Shown piece after piece: positions 1-10,646 of a stretch of DNA of 64,000 nt; positions within the stretch are counted from its first letter, which is position 1; each line of letters starts with the position of its first letter. The notes beneath the pieces are model-generated. The model ran no database searches. It saw only the letters and a list, made by a program, of their open reading frames with translations, and was not told the origin of the DNA. Source of the stretch: an uncultured Chlamydiae bacterium (lineage in GTDB: Bacteria; Chlamydiota; Chlamydiia; Chlamydiales; Parachlamydiaceae). The translations under genes and the position numbers were made by a program. The DNA lies in the NCBI GenBank assembly GCA_963754655.1, contig CAVWGN010000001.1, forward strand, positions 2,080,001 through 2,144,000, in the 5' to 3' direction.

Positions 1-36
1 CATCATTGGTTGCATTGAACTGACGGCGGTATTCAT
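1..36 (-). CDS. 5' end of a third F-box/LRR paralog (runs off the window edge)
   Basis: Reverse strand reads MNTAVSSMQPMM, versus MNTSISSIQPMI in the two full paralogs. The upstream sequence (gatagtctgctcctaaaaatgtagg) is the same as at 1976. Confidence 0.8.
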   Translation of the reverse strand, partial: MNTAVSSMQPMM

Positions 37-371
37 GATAGTCTGCTCCTAAAAATGTAGGGAAAGGGTTTTATTCATTTTATTCTTTTTGAATTGACGA
101 CATATCAACAATAAAAATTATGTTAATATTTTTTTAATTTTTGAAAGTCAATTAGTTTTAAACCTTATATAATATGATTCGATTTTTTTTGCAATATTTA
201 ATTAAATATTCACTAAAAAAGTTTATAAAATGCAAATTTTATTAAAAACATTTAAATAAATTTTATTCGAGCATGAATAATTTTTAATAATTTTCAAAAA
301 AATGAGGGCTGAAATAAAGATTTCATAGATACAGATAATGGCAAAGCAAAAAACCTAAGTCCTCTTTGACA

Positions 372-488
372 CTAACTTTTGCCTATTAGAACAGGTTTAA
401 AATCCCTATGCGTTAAGTTAAAACCATCCTAATAGGCAAAAGCTAAAGTAATTGAGTAATCATGTTAGTATTTTGCAAACATGCTCCT
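372..488. repeat. Small palindromic insert plus 'C' end module in the LRR intergenic spacer
   Basis: IR ttttgcctattag...ctaataggcaaaa, followed by gttagtattttgcaaacatgctcc (similar to 15931 and 48922). Absent from the homologous spacer at ~2305-2330. Confidence 0.6.
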
Positions 489-595
489 ATCCAAACACAC
501 GGGCGTAAAAACTTGGTTTAAGGAAGGGAAATGAAAGAGCTTTTAGTCAATTTCATTCATGCAATAATAAATTCTCCTTTATTCCTTATTAAAGT

Positions 596-1975
596 TTAGA
601 TAGGTCTGTAATAAATCTGTAAACTATTTAACCAGCTATTTATGTGATTTTTGATAAGGTAATCTATACCAATTGCGTCGATTTTCTGACATTTTTTAAC
701 CAACAACCCCTGTAGATTTTGCATCTTTTCAAGATATTGAATGCCTTGATTGTCAATATTAGGAAGAGAACTTAGAGCTAATTCGCTAAGAGTAGGATGT
801 TGAGCAATAATCTGCAAGGCTGTATTATTTAGCCTTTCTACTTTGTCTAGATCTAACCTTTCTAAATTTAAATTGACCAAAATGTTCCTGAGATCTACAT
901 CGGTTATTAACGGGCAATTAGTGAGGCGTAAAGATGTTAATTTCAGATGGCTCATTTTTTTTAAAAACTCTCCAGTTATTCGGTCTCGAGGCGTGGAGGC
1001 AATCGCAAGGTGCCGCAGCTTTGGTTGAGTTAAAGTAGAGGCACATTCATCGTCTATGCAACCACTAAGATGTAAGGAAGTTAAATTAGTCAAAGTCTTC
1101 AATCTGGCCACCTCTTGAACAGGGATACTTTGACTAAAAATACCCAGGTGTTGTAATCCAGTCAATTGAGCAATAGGCTGAAAGCTATCTAGTGTTGGCG
1201 TTGTACAATTACCTAAGATGAGCTCCTGCAGTCCAGTTTGTTTGGATAGGTAAGCAAAATCAGTAGTCGGAATTGGCCTATCCGCTGTCCAAAGTCCTAG
1301 CCGTTTTAGAGAGGTTGTAGCCACAGAAGATATCAACTGGTCGTTTTCTCCCATATTGATGCCCCGTATGCGTAAAGTTTGCAACTTGGTAAGGGACTGG
1401 AGCACGGGTTTTAAGGCCGAGCCATCTACGTTGCAGTAAGCTATCTCAAAGTGCTCAAGCTTTTGCAAGGCAGTAAAGCGTAAGAAGCTGTCAGAACTCA
1501 AATTTGTCACTTGTTCACCCAATAAAAGCGTGTTGAGATTGGGTAACTGAATCAGTGAGCTCAGAGTTTCGTCATTAAATAAATTGCGAGACTGGTCACC
1601 ATTAGGGGGTTTAATCTCTACAACTCTCAGGTCTTTGCAAGAGTGCTTAGACATCTCATTAAGCATAGCTTGTAGATAAAACATCTCCCTTGATTTCTTG
1701 ATGATAATTTTATCAATATATGTAAAAACTAAAGAATACAACTTTTTGCTGGAACATAAAAGGCCCTGCAACTGAACAAGGTCTGTTTGCTGGATGATAG
1801 TCATCAAGATATCGGTCGGTAAACTAATAAAGAGTCCTTCTTCTTGAAGGTCTGTTATTTGATTAGCCTCAGAGCTAATACTTTCTCTCCTTCTTTTTAT
1901 GCCTCCTGATGATCTCTCTTCTAGAGAATTACTGTAAGTTATCATTGGTTGAATTGAGCTGATGGATGTATTCAT
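596..1975 (-). CDS. F-box-like + leucine-rich-repeat protein (FBXL-like putative effector), paralog 1
   Basis: 459 aa. F-box-like LPTDILMTIIQQTDLVQLQGLLCSSKKLY is followed by many LxxLxLxxC-type repeats. Ser-rich N-terminus with a basic KRRR motif. Confidence 0.85.
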   Translation of the reverse strand: MNTSISSIQPMITYSNSLEERSSGGIKRRRESISSEANQITDLQEEGLFISLPTDILMTIIQQTDLVQLQGLLCSSKKLYSLVFTYIDKIIIKKSREMFYLQAMLNEMSKHSCKDLRVVEIKPPNGDQSRNLFNDETLSSLIQLPNLNTLLLGEQVTNLSSDSFLRFTALQKLEHFEIAYCNVDGSALKPVLQSLTKLQTLRIRGINMGENDQLISSVATTSLKRLGLWTADRPIPTTDFAYLSKQTGLQELILGNCTTPTLDSFQPIAQLTGLQHLGIFSQSIPVQEVARLKTLTNLTSLHLSGCIDDECASTLTQPKLRHLAIASTPRDRITGEFLKKMSHLKLTSLRLTNCPLITDVDLRNILVNLNLERLDLDKVERLNNTALQIIAQHPTLSELALSSLPNIDNQGIQYLEKMQNLQGLLVKKCQKIDAIGIDYLIKNHINSWLNSLQIYYRPI

Positions 1976-2425
1976 GATAGTCTGCTCCTAAAAATGTAGG
2001 AAAGGGTTTTATTTATTTTCTTGGCTTTTGAATTGACGACATATCAATAAGAAAAATTTTGTTAATATTTTTAAATTTTAAAATCAATTAATTCCAAAAA
2101 TTAATTTATATAAGTTTAGTCGATTTTTTGCAATATTTAATTAATTAAAAGATTCAAACAGCAAAAAAACTTATAAATTCAAGTTTTCTTAAAATTATTT
2201 AAATAAATTTTATTGAACTATAAATGATTTTTAGGAATTTTTTACACAAAAATGAAGGCTGAAATAAAGATTTTATAAATACAGATAATCTTAAAATAAA
2301 GAACCTAATTAGTTTTGCCACTTTGCACAGGCCGTAAAAACTTAGTTTAAGGAAGGGAAATAAAAGAACTTTGAGTCAATCTCATTCATTGCAATAATAA
2401 ATTTTTCTTTATTCCTTATTAAACT

Positions 2426-3805
2426 TTAGATAGGTCTGTAATAAATTTTTAAACTATTTAACCAGCTATTTATGTGATTTTTGATAAGGTAATCTATACC
2501 AATTGCGTCGATTTTCTGACATTGTTTAACCAGCAACCCCTTTAGATTTAGCATCTTTTCAAGATATTGAATTCCTTGATTGTCAATATTAGGAAGAGAA
2601 ATTAGAGCTAATTCGCTAAGAGTAGGATGCTGAGCAATAATCTGCAAGGCTGTGTTATTTAGCCCTTCTAATCTGTCTAGATCTAACCTTTCTAAATTTA
2701 AATTGACCAAAATGTTCCTGAGATCTACATCCGTTATTAACGGGCAATTAGTGAGGCGTAAAGATGTTAATTTCAGATGGCTCATTTTTTTTAAAAACTC
2801 TCCAGTTATTCGGCCTCGGGGCGTGGAGATAATCACAAGGTGCCGCAGCTTTGGTTGAGTTAAAGTAGAGGCACATTCATCGTCTAGGCAACCACCGAGA
2901 TGTAAGGAAGTTAAATTAGTCAAAGTCTTCAATCTTGCCACCTCTTGAACAGGAATATTTCGACTAAAAAGGCCCAGGTGTTGTAATCCAGTCAACTGAG
3001 CAATAGGCTGAAAGCTGTCTAGTGTTGGCGTTGTACAATTACCTAAGATGAGCTCCTGCAGTCCAGTTTGTCTGATTAGGTAAGCAAAATCACTAGTCGG
3101 AATTGGCCTATCCGCTGTCCAAAGTCCTAGCCGTTTTAGAGAGGTTGTAGCCACAGAAGATATCAACTGGTCGTTTTCTCCCATATTGATGCCCCGTATG
3201 CGTAAAGTTTGCAACTTGGTAAGGGACTGGAGCACGGGTTTTAAGGCCAAGCCACCTACCTTGCAGTAATCTATCTCGAAGTGCTCAAGCTTTTGCAAGG
3301 CAGTAAAGCGTAAGAAGCTCTCAGAACTTAAGTTTGTCACTTGTGCACCCAAGAATAGCGTGTTGAGATTGGGTAACTGAATCAGTGAGTTCAGAGTTTT
3401 GTCATTAAATAAATTGCGAGACTGGTCACCATTAGGGGGTTTAATCTCTACAACTCTTAGGTCTTTGCAAGAGTGCTTAGACATCTCATTAAGCATAGCT
3501 TGTAGATAAAACATCTCCCTTGATTTCTTGATGATAATTTTATCAGTATATGTAAAAACTAAAGAATACAACTTTTTGCTGGAACATAAAAGGCCCTGCA
3601 ACTGAACAAGGTCTGTTTGCTGGATGATAGTCATCAAGATATCGGTCGGTAAACTAATAAAGAGTCCTTCTTCTTGAAGGTCTGTTATTTGATTAGCCTC
3701 AGAGCTAACACTTTCTCTTCTTCTTTTTATGCCTCCTGATGATCTCTCTTCTAGAGAATTACTGTAAGTTATCATTGGTTGAATTGAGCTGATGGATGTA
3801 TTCAT
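2426..3805 (-). CDS. F-box-like + leucine-rich-repeat protein, paralog 2
   Basis: 459 aa, near-identical to 596..1975. Tandem duplication with 1830 bp period. Confidence 0.85.
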   Translation of the reverse strand: MNTSISSIQPMITYSNSLEERSSGGIKRRRESVSSEANQITDLQEEGLFISLPTDILMTIIQQTDLVQLQGLLCSSKKLYSLVFTYTDKIIIKKSREMFYLQAMLNEMSKHSCKDLRVVEIKPPNGDQSRNLFNDKTLNSLIQLPNLNTLFLGAQVTNLSSESFLRFTALQKLEHFEIDYCKVGGLALKPVLQSLTKLQTLRIRGINMGENDQLISSVATTSLKRLGLWTADRPIPTSDFAYLIRQTGLQELILGNCTTPTLDSFQPIAQLTGLQHLGLFSRNIPVQEVARLKTLTNLTSLHLGGCLDDECASTLTQPKLRHLVIISTPRGRITGEFLKKMSHLKLTSLRLTNCPLITDVDLRNILVNLNLERLDLDRLEGLNNTALQIIAQHPTLSELALISLPNIDNQGIQYLEKMLNLKGLLVKQCQKIDAIGIDYLIKNHINSWLNSLKIYYRPI

Positions 3806-4141
3806 GATAGTTTGCTCCTAAAAATGTGTCAAAAATTTAAATTTATTTTACTTGCTGCTGGATTGAAAAAGTGTTAACAAGAAAAATTATATTAACATTT
3901 TTATTAAATTTAATAATAAATTAATCTAAACCCTCAATATACAAACAGATTCCATTTTTTTGCAATTGCTAATTAAAACAGCTAAGAAATACAAAAATAG
4001 CAAAGTTAATTTTTTAATTATTTATTAAATAAAATTTATTAAGTATGAATAACTTTTAGAGCTCTTTTAACAAGCAGAATGAAAATGGAATAAATCTCTC
4101 ATGAATAAGGTAAAGAAAATAAAAAGCTGATCTTAAGGGAT

Positions 4142-4834
4142 TTAGGAATTGGCTTCAATAAGAAAAAGAGTCGGATTTTCTTTAGACCAATGAGTTTTAA
4201 TTGGATCAAAAGAATGACGATGAATGGGACAGGGGCCATACCGTTCAAGTGCCTCCAAATGCTGGGCTGTCCCATATCCCTTATGCTTATCAAAGCCATA
4301 TAGAGGCCATTGGGCATGATAGGCATGCATCAAACGGTCGCGTGTCTCCTTAGCAATAATTGAAGCTGCTGCTATAGATTGCGAAAGCTGATCGCCTTTA
4401 ACAATTTTTTGACAGGGAAGAAGCGGATGGGGTAAACCTAATCCATCCACAAGCAAGCAATCCGGATAAACTGCAAGCTTATCAATCGCTTGCCACATTG
4501 CATGAATTGTTGCCTGATAAATATTTAAACGATCAATTTGTGCAGGTTCAATAATGCCAGTAGCATAGAAAATAGTCGGATCGGTAGTTAAACGCTCAAA
4601 TAGCCGCTTTCTGACTTTTGGTGTTAATTTTTTGCTGTCATTGACATCTGCGATGAGGAGCCCTCTGGGTAGAATGCAAACCGCTGCTACAACAGGACCC
4701 GCTAAAGGACCACGCCCTGCTTCATCCAGGCCTGCTGGGATTTTGTATCCCTGCTGATAAGCCTCTTCTTCATAAATGATCATTTGCTGTAGACGAAGTG
4801 TTTCTTCTTCATCTAATTCGGCTTCCTCCCTCAT
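4142..4834 (-). CDS. rnhB: Ribonuclease HII
   Basis: [34 protein letters not shown] and HKGYGT motifs. Start placed at the ATG at 4834, after a GGAGGGAG RBS. Confidence 0.97.
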   Translation of the reverse strand: MREEAELDEEETLRLQQMIIYEEEAYQQGYKIPAGLDEAGRGPLAGPVVAAVCILPRGLLIADVNDSKKLTPKVRKRLFERLTTDPTIFYATGIIEPAQIDRLNIYQATIHAMWQAIDKLAVYPDCLLVDGLGLPHPLLPCQKIVKGDQLSQSIAAASIIAKETRDRLMHAYHAQWPLYGFDKHKGYGTAQHLEALERYGPCPIHRHSFDPIKTHWSKENPTLFLIEANS

Positions 4835-4993
4835 TCTCCCTCCATCAGTCAGGCGATCCAATTGCTGAGATCAGAAACAAAATATGTCATGCGGATGATG
4901 TCGCGTAGAAATCAACGTTGCATTCAGTCGCGCCACTAAGCCCAAAGGCAGGCACGGGCGACTGAACGCATCGCAGTTTAATTCGTAACATTG

Positions 4994-5428
4994 CTAGCTA
5001 TCAGCAACTTGCGATTCAACAGTTTCTTCTTGAGGCGCTACTTCATCTTTGACTGCCCCAAACCCGCTACGACGAGCACCATAACGACCCTTAACTTTTG
5101 CAGCTTTTCCAGAAGTTCCACGTAAATAGTAGAGCTTACTGCGGCGCACATGCCCTTCTTTAGCGACTTCAATTTTTGCAATGCGAGGACTATGCAACAT
5201 AAACACTCGCTCCATGCCTTCTCCATACGCCACGCGATGGACAGAAAATGTTTCAGAAAGTCCCGATCCCTTACGGGCAATGACAGTTCCTGTAAAAACT
5301 TGAAGTCTTTCCTTATCCCCTTCAATAATGCGCAGATGAACGCGAATGGTATCTCCAACCCGAAACGAAGGGATCGTCTTTTTCATTTGCTGGCTTGCCA
5401 GCTTTTCAATAACAGCCGATCGGCTCAT
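4994..5428 (-). CDS. rplS: 50S ribosomal protein L19
   Basis: [28 protein letters not shown] and [10 protein letters not shown] motifs. Standard operon position. Confidence 0.98.
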   Translation of the reverse strand: MSRSAVIEKLASQQMKKTIPSFRVGDTIRVHLRIIEGDKERLQVFTGTVIARKGSGLSETFSVHRVAYGEGMERVFMLHSPRIAKIEVAKEGHVRRSKLYYLRGTSGKAAKVKGRYGARRSGFGAVKDEVAPQEETVESQVADS

Positions 5429-5517
5429 GATCTATTCTCCTAACAATTTAATCTTTTTCTGCTGAGCAGGAAAGCCAACTTTCCATGTCAAGCAATTCTT
5501 TTATTTTTATCACTCTA

Positions 5518-6183
5518 TCATAAAAGGTCTGGTCGAATGTCTTGTGTCTTTTTTAAAGCTTGTTCTCGACGCCATTTGGCAATTTCTTGGTGATTGCCAC
5601 TTAATAACACACAGGGAACAGCATGCCCTTCAAACATCTCTGGACGAGTATAATGGGGACAATCCAACAATCCTTTTTCAAAAGAGTCTTCCTCAGCAGC
5701 CAACGCATGTCCAAGGACACCCGGGATAAATCGAATGACACTATCTATAATGACAATGGCAGCGAGACATCCATTAGTGAGGACGTAATCCCCTATACTA
5801 ATTTCTTCATCCACTTCATGATCTAATACGCGTTGATCAATTCCTTCATAATGACCGCATAAAAGAATTAACTGAGTCTCGTTTGCCAGTTCTCGGCACT
5901 TGACTGCTGTTAATCGTCTTCCTTGCGGTGTCAAATAAATCACACGGCTTTGGGGAGTCTTCACATGGCGAATGGCTGCCGTCACTGGCTGCGGCATCAT
6001 CACCATTCCTGGTCCCCCGCCATAAGGCCGATCATCCACCCGACGATAGCGATTATCCGCAAAATCCCGAATATCCGTTAAACGAATATTGACTAATCCC
6101 TTTTCCCTAGCCCGTTTGATCATACTTTCATCAAACGGCCCTGTAAAATATCCCGGAAAAAGGGAAAGGATATCAATCAGCAC
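5518..6183 (-). CDS. trmD: tRNA (guanine-N1)-methyltransferase
   Basis: VDDRPYGGGPGMVM, CGHYEGIDQR and SIGDYVLTNG motifs. Confidence 0.98.
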   Translation of the reverse strand: MLIDILSLFPGYFTGPFDESMIKRAREKGLVNIRLTDIRDFADNRYRRVDDRPYGGGPGMVMMPQPVTAAIRHVKTPQSRVIYLTPQGRRLTAVKCRELANETQLILLCGHYEGIDQRVLDHEVDEEISIGDYVLTNGCLAAIVIIDSVIRFIPGVLGHALAAEEDSFEKGLLDCPHYTRPEMFEGHAVPCVLLSGNHQEIAKWRREQALKKTQDIRPDLL

Positions 6184-6184
6184 G

Positions 6185-6517
6185 TTAAGCTTGAACCTTT
6201 TTCTTAGCTTTGCGTTTCATCGCTATTTTAGTACGATGAGCGTGCTTTTTTTCTGTTTGCTCCTGAATAATATGTGGAGCACTCTTACGAATGAGATTCG
6301 CTGCATTGTCAGTTAATTGCGCTCCCACGTTCAGCCAATGCTGAATGCGGTCTGTTTTGATCGCTAATTTCTTGTCATCTGCTTCTTCGATTGGATTATA
6401 CCAACCAAGAGCTTCGACATACTTGCCATCTCTTGGCGAACGTGAATCTGTCACGACCAAGCGGTAGAAAGCTCGATTTGTGCGACCTTGTTGCCGCAAT
6501 CTAATTTTTAACGCCAT
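6185..6517 (-). CDS. rpsP: 30S ribosomal protein S16
   Basis: LKIRLRQQG, FYRLVVTDSRSPRDGKYVEALGWYNP. Confidence 0.98.
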   Translation of the reverse strand: MALKIRLRQQGRTNRAFYRLVVTDSRSPRDGKYVEALGWYNPIEEADDKKLAIKTDRIQHWLNVGAQLTDNAANLIRKSAPHIIQEQTEKKHAHRTKIAMKRKAKKKVQA

Positions 6518-7836
6518 AGGGATCCTCCCAGCATCTTTTCTAATTGTTTCATATTTGGCATGTTTTTAAAAAATTGTTTGGCTTGTTTAAATGATTTAAC
6601 AAGCTTATTCACATCTTCAATTTTTGTTCCACTTCCCTGTGCAATCCGTTTACGCCTTGGTGTTGTGAGTTCACATTTTTCTGTTCGCTCAGCGCGCGTC
6701 ATGGAGAGAATCATGGCTTCAATTTTAAAGAATTCCTTCTCATCAAAATCCATCGTTGGCATTTGTCCCATTCCTGGTAACATTCCCAACAAGCTTTTGA
6801 TCGAACCCATTTTCTTGACCGTCTGAATCTGTTTGAGATAGTCATCATAGGTAAATGTCGCGGTGCGGATCTTTTGTTCTAGCTTTTGAGCTTCCGCCTC
6901 GTCAATATGCTCTTGCGCTTTTTTGACGAGGTTGATGGTATCTCCCATACCTAGAATACGATCTGCCATAGAATTAGGATTGAACATTTGGATATCATCT
7001 ACCCTCTCCCCTATTCCTTCAAACTTCAGCGGCTTGCCTGTCACTTCGCGAATGGAAATGGCTGCTCCCCCACGGGTATTTCCATCCAGCATGGTCAAAA
7101 TTGAACCTGTGACTGCCATGCGCTTATTAAATTCAGTCGCCACATTGACGGCATCTTGCCCCGTTGTTGCATTGGCAACAAATAAAATCTCTTGTGGCTG
7201 CAAGACCTCCTTCATCTTCTCTAATTGAGTCATCAATTCGTCATCAATGTGAAGACGTCCTGCTGTATCAACAATTAAGACATCGTGCTTGCCCTCTTTG
7301 GCCTGCCTGAGTGCTTCTTTGGCCACACGAATAGGATCTTTTTCTCCTAGCAAAGAAAAAACTGGAACTCCAATCTGCTGTCCCAATGTTTTCAATTGAT
7401 CTATCGCTGCTGGCCGCTGCAAATCACAAGCAACGAGCAAGGGATTTTTCGCTTCCCCTTTCTTCTTCAAATATTTGGCCAGTTTAGCACAATGAGTCGT
7501 TTTCCCCGATCCCTGCAAGCCACATAACATCACCACACCTGGTTGGCCTGATAACTGCAATCCCTCTTCGCTACCACCCATTAATGCAACTAATTCATCA
7601 TGCACAATTTTAATGAACTGCTGACCAGGTGTTACCGATTTGAGAACCTGTTCACCTAAAGCCTTTTCTCTTATCTGCTTAACAAGGGTCTTTGTTACAC
7701 TATAATTGACATCAGCTTCCAATAAAGCCAAACGCACATCATTGACAGCCTCAGAAATATTTTCCTCTGTTAACCGTTTTTTTCCTGTCAACGAAGAAAA
7801 GACATTTTGCAACTTTGTTGTCAATGCTCCTAGCAT
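6508..7836 (-). CDS. ffh: Signal recognition particle protein
   Basis: GLQGSGKTT, DTAGR, G.GERVDD and Met-rich C-terminal M domain. Confidence 0.98.
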   Translation of the reverse strand: MLGALTTKLQNVFSSLTGKKRLTEENISEAVNDVRLALLEADVNYSVTKTLVKQIREKALGEQVLKSVTPGQQFIKIVHDELVALMGGSEEGLQLSGQPGVVMLCGLQGSGKTTHCAKLAKYLKKKGEAKNPLLVACDLQRPAAIDQLKTLGQQIGVPVFSLLGEKDPIRVAKEALRQAKEGKHDVLIVDTAGRLHIDDELMTQLEKMKEVLQPQEILFVANATTGQDAVNVATEFNKRMAVTGSILTMLDGNTRGGAAISIREVTGKPLKFEGIGERVDDIQMFNPNSMADRILGMGDTINLVKKAQEHIDEAEAQKLEQKIRTATFTYDDYLKQIQTVKKMGSIKSLLGMLPGMGQMPTMDFDEKEFFKIEAMILSMTRAERTEKCELTTPRRKRIAQGSGTKIEDVNKLVKSFKQAKQFFKNMPNMKQLEKMLGGSLWR

Positions 7837-7897
7837 GTAACACCTTGCCTATCATTTTTTAAAACAATTCATAAATGAAAATAGAATACTTAAAAAA

Positions 7898-8746
7898 TCA
7901 TTCATTTTCAAGGAAAAAGAAGCGATTATGACCAGCCCAGTCATTTTCAATCCAACTCTTTTTCCAAGAAGAGCCTTGAAAAACTCTTTGCACTGCCTCG
8001 CCTTGTCGATAGCCAATCTCTAACCATACTTGTGCCTTAGGAAATAAATAATTGGGCAATTCATGTGCTAAGCGCTCATACATCTCTAATCCCGTCTCTC
8101 CTCCTACGAGGGCTAAACGTGGTTCATAGTCTTTTACCTCTTTATCTAGTATAGCATACTCACTTTCAGAAATATAGGGGGGATTGCATACCAGATAATG
8201 AGCTTTGCTTCCCTTAAAAGGAGCCAAAAGATCTCCTTTTAAACAGATAACATCGACTTCATTTTCTTTGGCATTGCGAGCAGTCAAAGCGATAGCTTCC
8301 TCTGAGCAGTCAGATAAATAAACCGACAGATCAGGAAATTTTTTTTTCAAAGCAATTCCTATACAACCCGATCCGCAGCAGACATCCCAAAGCAGTTTTC
8401 CCTGCAAATTTTGCTGTTTAAGAACCGTCGCTACTTTATCAACTAAAATTTCGGTTTCTGGACGAGGAATTAAAACGGCTGGGCTGACTTCAATTAAACA
8501 TCCATAAAACTGCACTTTACCCGCAAGATAGGCCAAAGGCTCACCTTGCAACCGCCGCTGCATCCAAAATTGAGCTTTCCTTTCCTCTTCTTCACTTAAT
8601 TGCTGTTGCCGGTCAAAATAAAGTTGCGCACGTGTGCAATCGAGCATCTCACAAAGAAGATCTTCTGCCTGGCGTTGGGAATGGGACAATTCATGATAAC
8701 GAAAGACGTTGGCAATCTCTGCCAACACTTCTTTGATTAACTTCAT
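7898..8746 (-). CDS. prmC: Release factor glutamine methyltransferase
   Basis: VLIPRPETE, GSGCI and NPPY motifs. Directly after prfA. Confidence 0.96.
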   Translation of the reverse strand: MKLIKEVLAEIANVFRYHELSHSQRQAEDLLCEMLDCTRAQLYFDRQQQLSEEEERKAQFWMQRRLQGEPLAYLAGKVQFYGCLIEVSPAVLIPRPETEILVDKVATVLKQQNLQGKLLWDVCCGSGCIGIALKKKFPDLSVYLSDCSEEAIALTARNAKENEVDVICLKGDLLAPFKGSKAHYLVCNPPYISESEYAILDKEVKDYEPRLALVGGETGLEMYERLAHELPNYLFPKAQVWLEIGYRQGEAVQRVFQGSSWKKSWIENDWAGHNRFFFLENE

Positions 8747-9823
8747 TCATGCCCCTTCGCTTCCCTTTAACTTTTCTTGGTGATAATAAGCAACAAGAGC
8801 GGACGTGATATCATCTAAATCGCCTTCCATAATTTGATCCAAATTGTATTTGGTCAAATTAATACGATGATCAGTTAAGCGATTTTGCGGAAAATTATAA
8901 GTTCGGATGCGCTCTGAACGATCACCCGATCCTACCTGTAAGGCTCGCGTCGCAGCCAGTTCTTGATGCTGTTTTTGCTCCTCAATTTCTGCCATTTTCG
9001 CCTTCAACAAGCGCATCGCTTTGTCTTTATTCTTGTGCTGACTACGCTCCTCTTGGCAATAAACCACAATTCCAGATGGAAGATGCGTAATGCGGACTGC
9101 ACTATCAGTGGTATTCACATGCTGTCCACCTGCTCCCGATGAACGATAAGTGTCAATACGCAAGTCTTTATCATCCAACCGAATATCTTCATTTTCATCC
9201 GGCTCGGGCAACACGGCCACGGTAATGGCAGAAGTATGAACGCGCCCTTGCGCTTCTGTTTGGGGAATGCGCTGCACACGATGTGTTCCTGCTTCATATT
9301 GCAAGAAACGGTGCACATTGGGACCCGATAAAACCATCACATATTCTTTATAGCCGCCGATCTCTGAAGAAGTACAAGACAACAATTCATAGCGCCAGCC
9401 TTTGCGATCGGCGTAGAGCTTATACATGCGCACGCAGTCGCCCACAAACAAGGCAGCCTCATCTCCCCCCGTGCCCGCCCGCAATTCAATAATTGTGGCG
9501 CGATGGTCATGAGGATTGGGAGGAACAAGCAAATTTTCAACGATCAATTGTAAATCTTGAACGCGCTTCTCTAATTGAATCACATCATCGCGCAAAATTT
9601 CAGCAAATTCAGGATCTTTTTCAGCCTTTAACAGTTCTTGATTATCGGTAATCTGTCTCTCCAACTTTCTTTTTTCTTCCCAAGTTGACTTCAACTCTGT
9701 TAAATAAGAATGTTCTTGAGATAAAGCACGGTACTTTTTTTGATCTTCATAGACATGAGGCTGTCCTAAGACTTCTTCTACTTCTGCTAAACGCTCCAAT
9801 AATTGCTGGACTTTTTTTTCCAT
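8747..9823 (-). CDS. prfA: Peptide chain release factor 1
   Basis: [20 protein letters not shown] (PxT motif) and GAGGQHVN. Confidence 0.98.
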   Translation of the reverse strand: MEKKVQQLLERLAEVEEVLGQPHVYEDQKKYRALSQEHSYLTELKSTWEEKRKLERQITDNQELLKAEKDPEFAEILRDDVIQLEKRVQDLQLIVENLLVPPNPHDHRATIIELRAGTGGDEAALFVGDCVRMYKLYADRKGWRYELLSCTSSEIGGYKEYVMVLSGPNVHRFLQYEAGTHRVQRIPQTEAQGRVHTSAITVAVLPEPDENEDIRLDDKDLRIDTYRSSGAGGQHVNTTDSAVRITHLPSGIVVYCQEERSQHKNKDKAMRLLKAKMAEIEEQKQHQELAATRALQVGSGDRSERIRTYNFPQNRLTDHRINLTKYNLDQIMEGDLDDITSALVAYYHQEKLKGSEGA

Positions 9824-9947
9824 GGATTGACTTAATTCTCAATTGTATTAGATAGATACTCCATGGTCAAGTTAACCGAATTTTGGACTGCTAAAAGACG
9901 ATTAACTTGATCACGAAGTGTATAAAGATGGAATTTTTCAGCAACTT

Positions 9948-10364
9948 TTAAGCACGCTTTTTAGCAGTTGTTGCACCTTTTTTTTCGGGTGCTTTTTTTT
10001 CAGGTACCTTTTTTTCAGGCACTTTTTTTTCAGGGACCTTTTTTTCGGGTGCCTTTTTTTCTGCTAGCTGTGGTTGTTGTTGTTCCTTCTCTCCTTGAGA
10101 AGGTTCCTCTTTAGCAACTTCTTGCTTGCGTCCAAAACGCTTCTTAAATTTCTCCACTCTTCCTTCAGCGTCTACAAGCTGTTTACTGCCTGTAAAGAAA
10201 GGATGGGAAGAAGAAGAAATAGATAAATAGCTTACAGGGTAATCAACCCCTTCAAATGTTTCTCTGGCTTCAGGTTGCAAAGTAGATCCACAGATAAAGC
10301 GATGCCCAGAAGCAGAGTCAACAAATAGAACTTTTTGATAACTTGGATGAATATCTTTTTTCAT
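9948..10364 (-). CDS. rpmE: 50S ribosomal protein L31 (type B-like) with a Lys-rich repeat tail
   Basis: MKKDIHPSY...[10 protein letters not shown]...[13 protein letters not shown] with no Zn-ribbon Cys pairs. C-terminal EKK(A/V)P repeats. Confidence 0.93.
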   Translation of the reverse strand: MKKDIHPSYQKVLFVDSASGHRFICGSTLQPEARETFEGVDYPVSYLSISSSSHPFFTGSKQLVDAEGRVEKFKKRFGRKQEVAKEEPSQGEKEQQQPQLAEKKAPEKKVPEKKVPEKKVPEKKAPEKKGATTAKKRA

Positions 10365-10646
10365 ATAAAGGCTCCTCACAAAGAAAAGTTAAATCATTCT
10401 GGTCCTAAGAAAGACTGAAATAAGTTTAAGTCAATCATCAAAGGACCCTCTTAAATAAAAGAGGGAAACAGAAATCCTCTAGGTTAAGGATTTATCTAAA
10501 AAAAAACAACAAGTTTTTTCAAGAATTTCTTTCTTTACACATTCTTTATAATTAGACCGAACTTTATGTTTTCTTTTAAATAAAAATCGCATATAATAAT
10601 ACATAGTATAAAGAATAATTAAATTATATTTTAAAAACTAATTAAT

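Noticed and set aside
596..3805. Diversity-generating retroelement acting on the LRR paralogs
   Set aside because: The differences I inspected are not adenine-specific and are spread along the gene. No reverse transcriptase or template repeat is seen.
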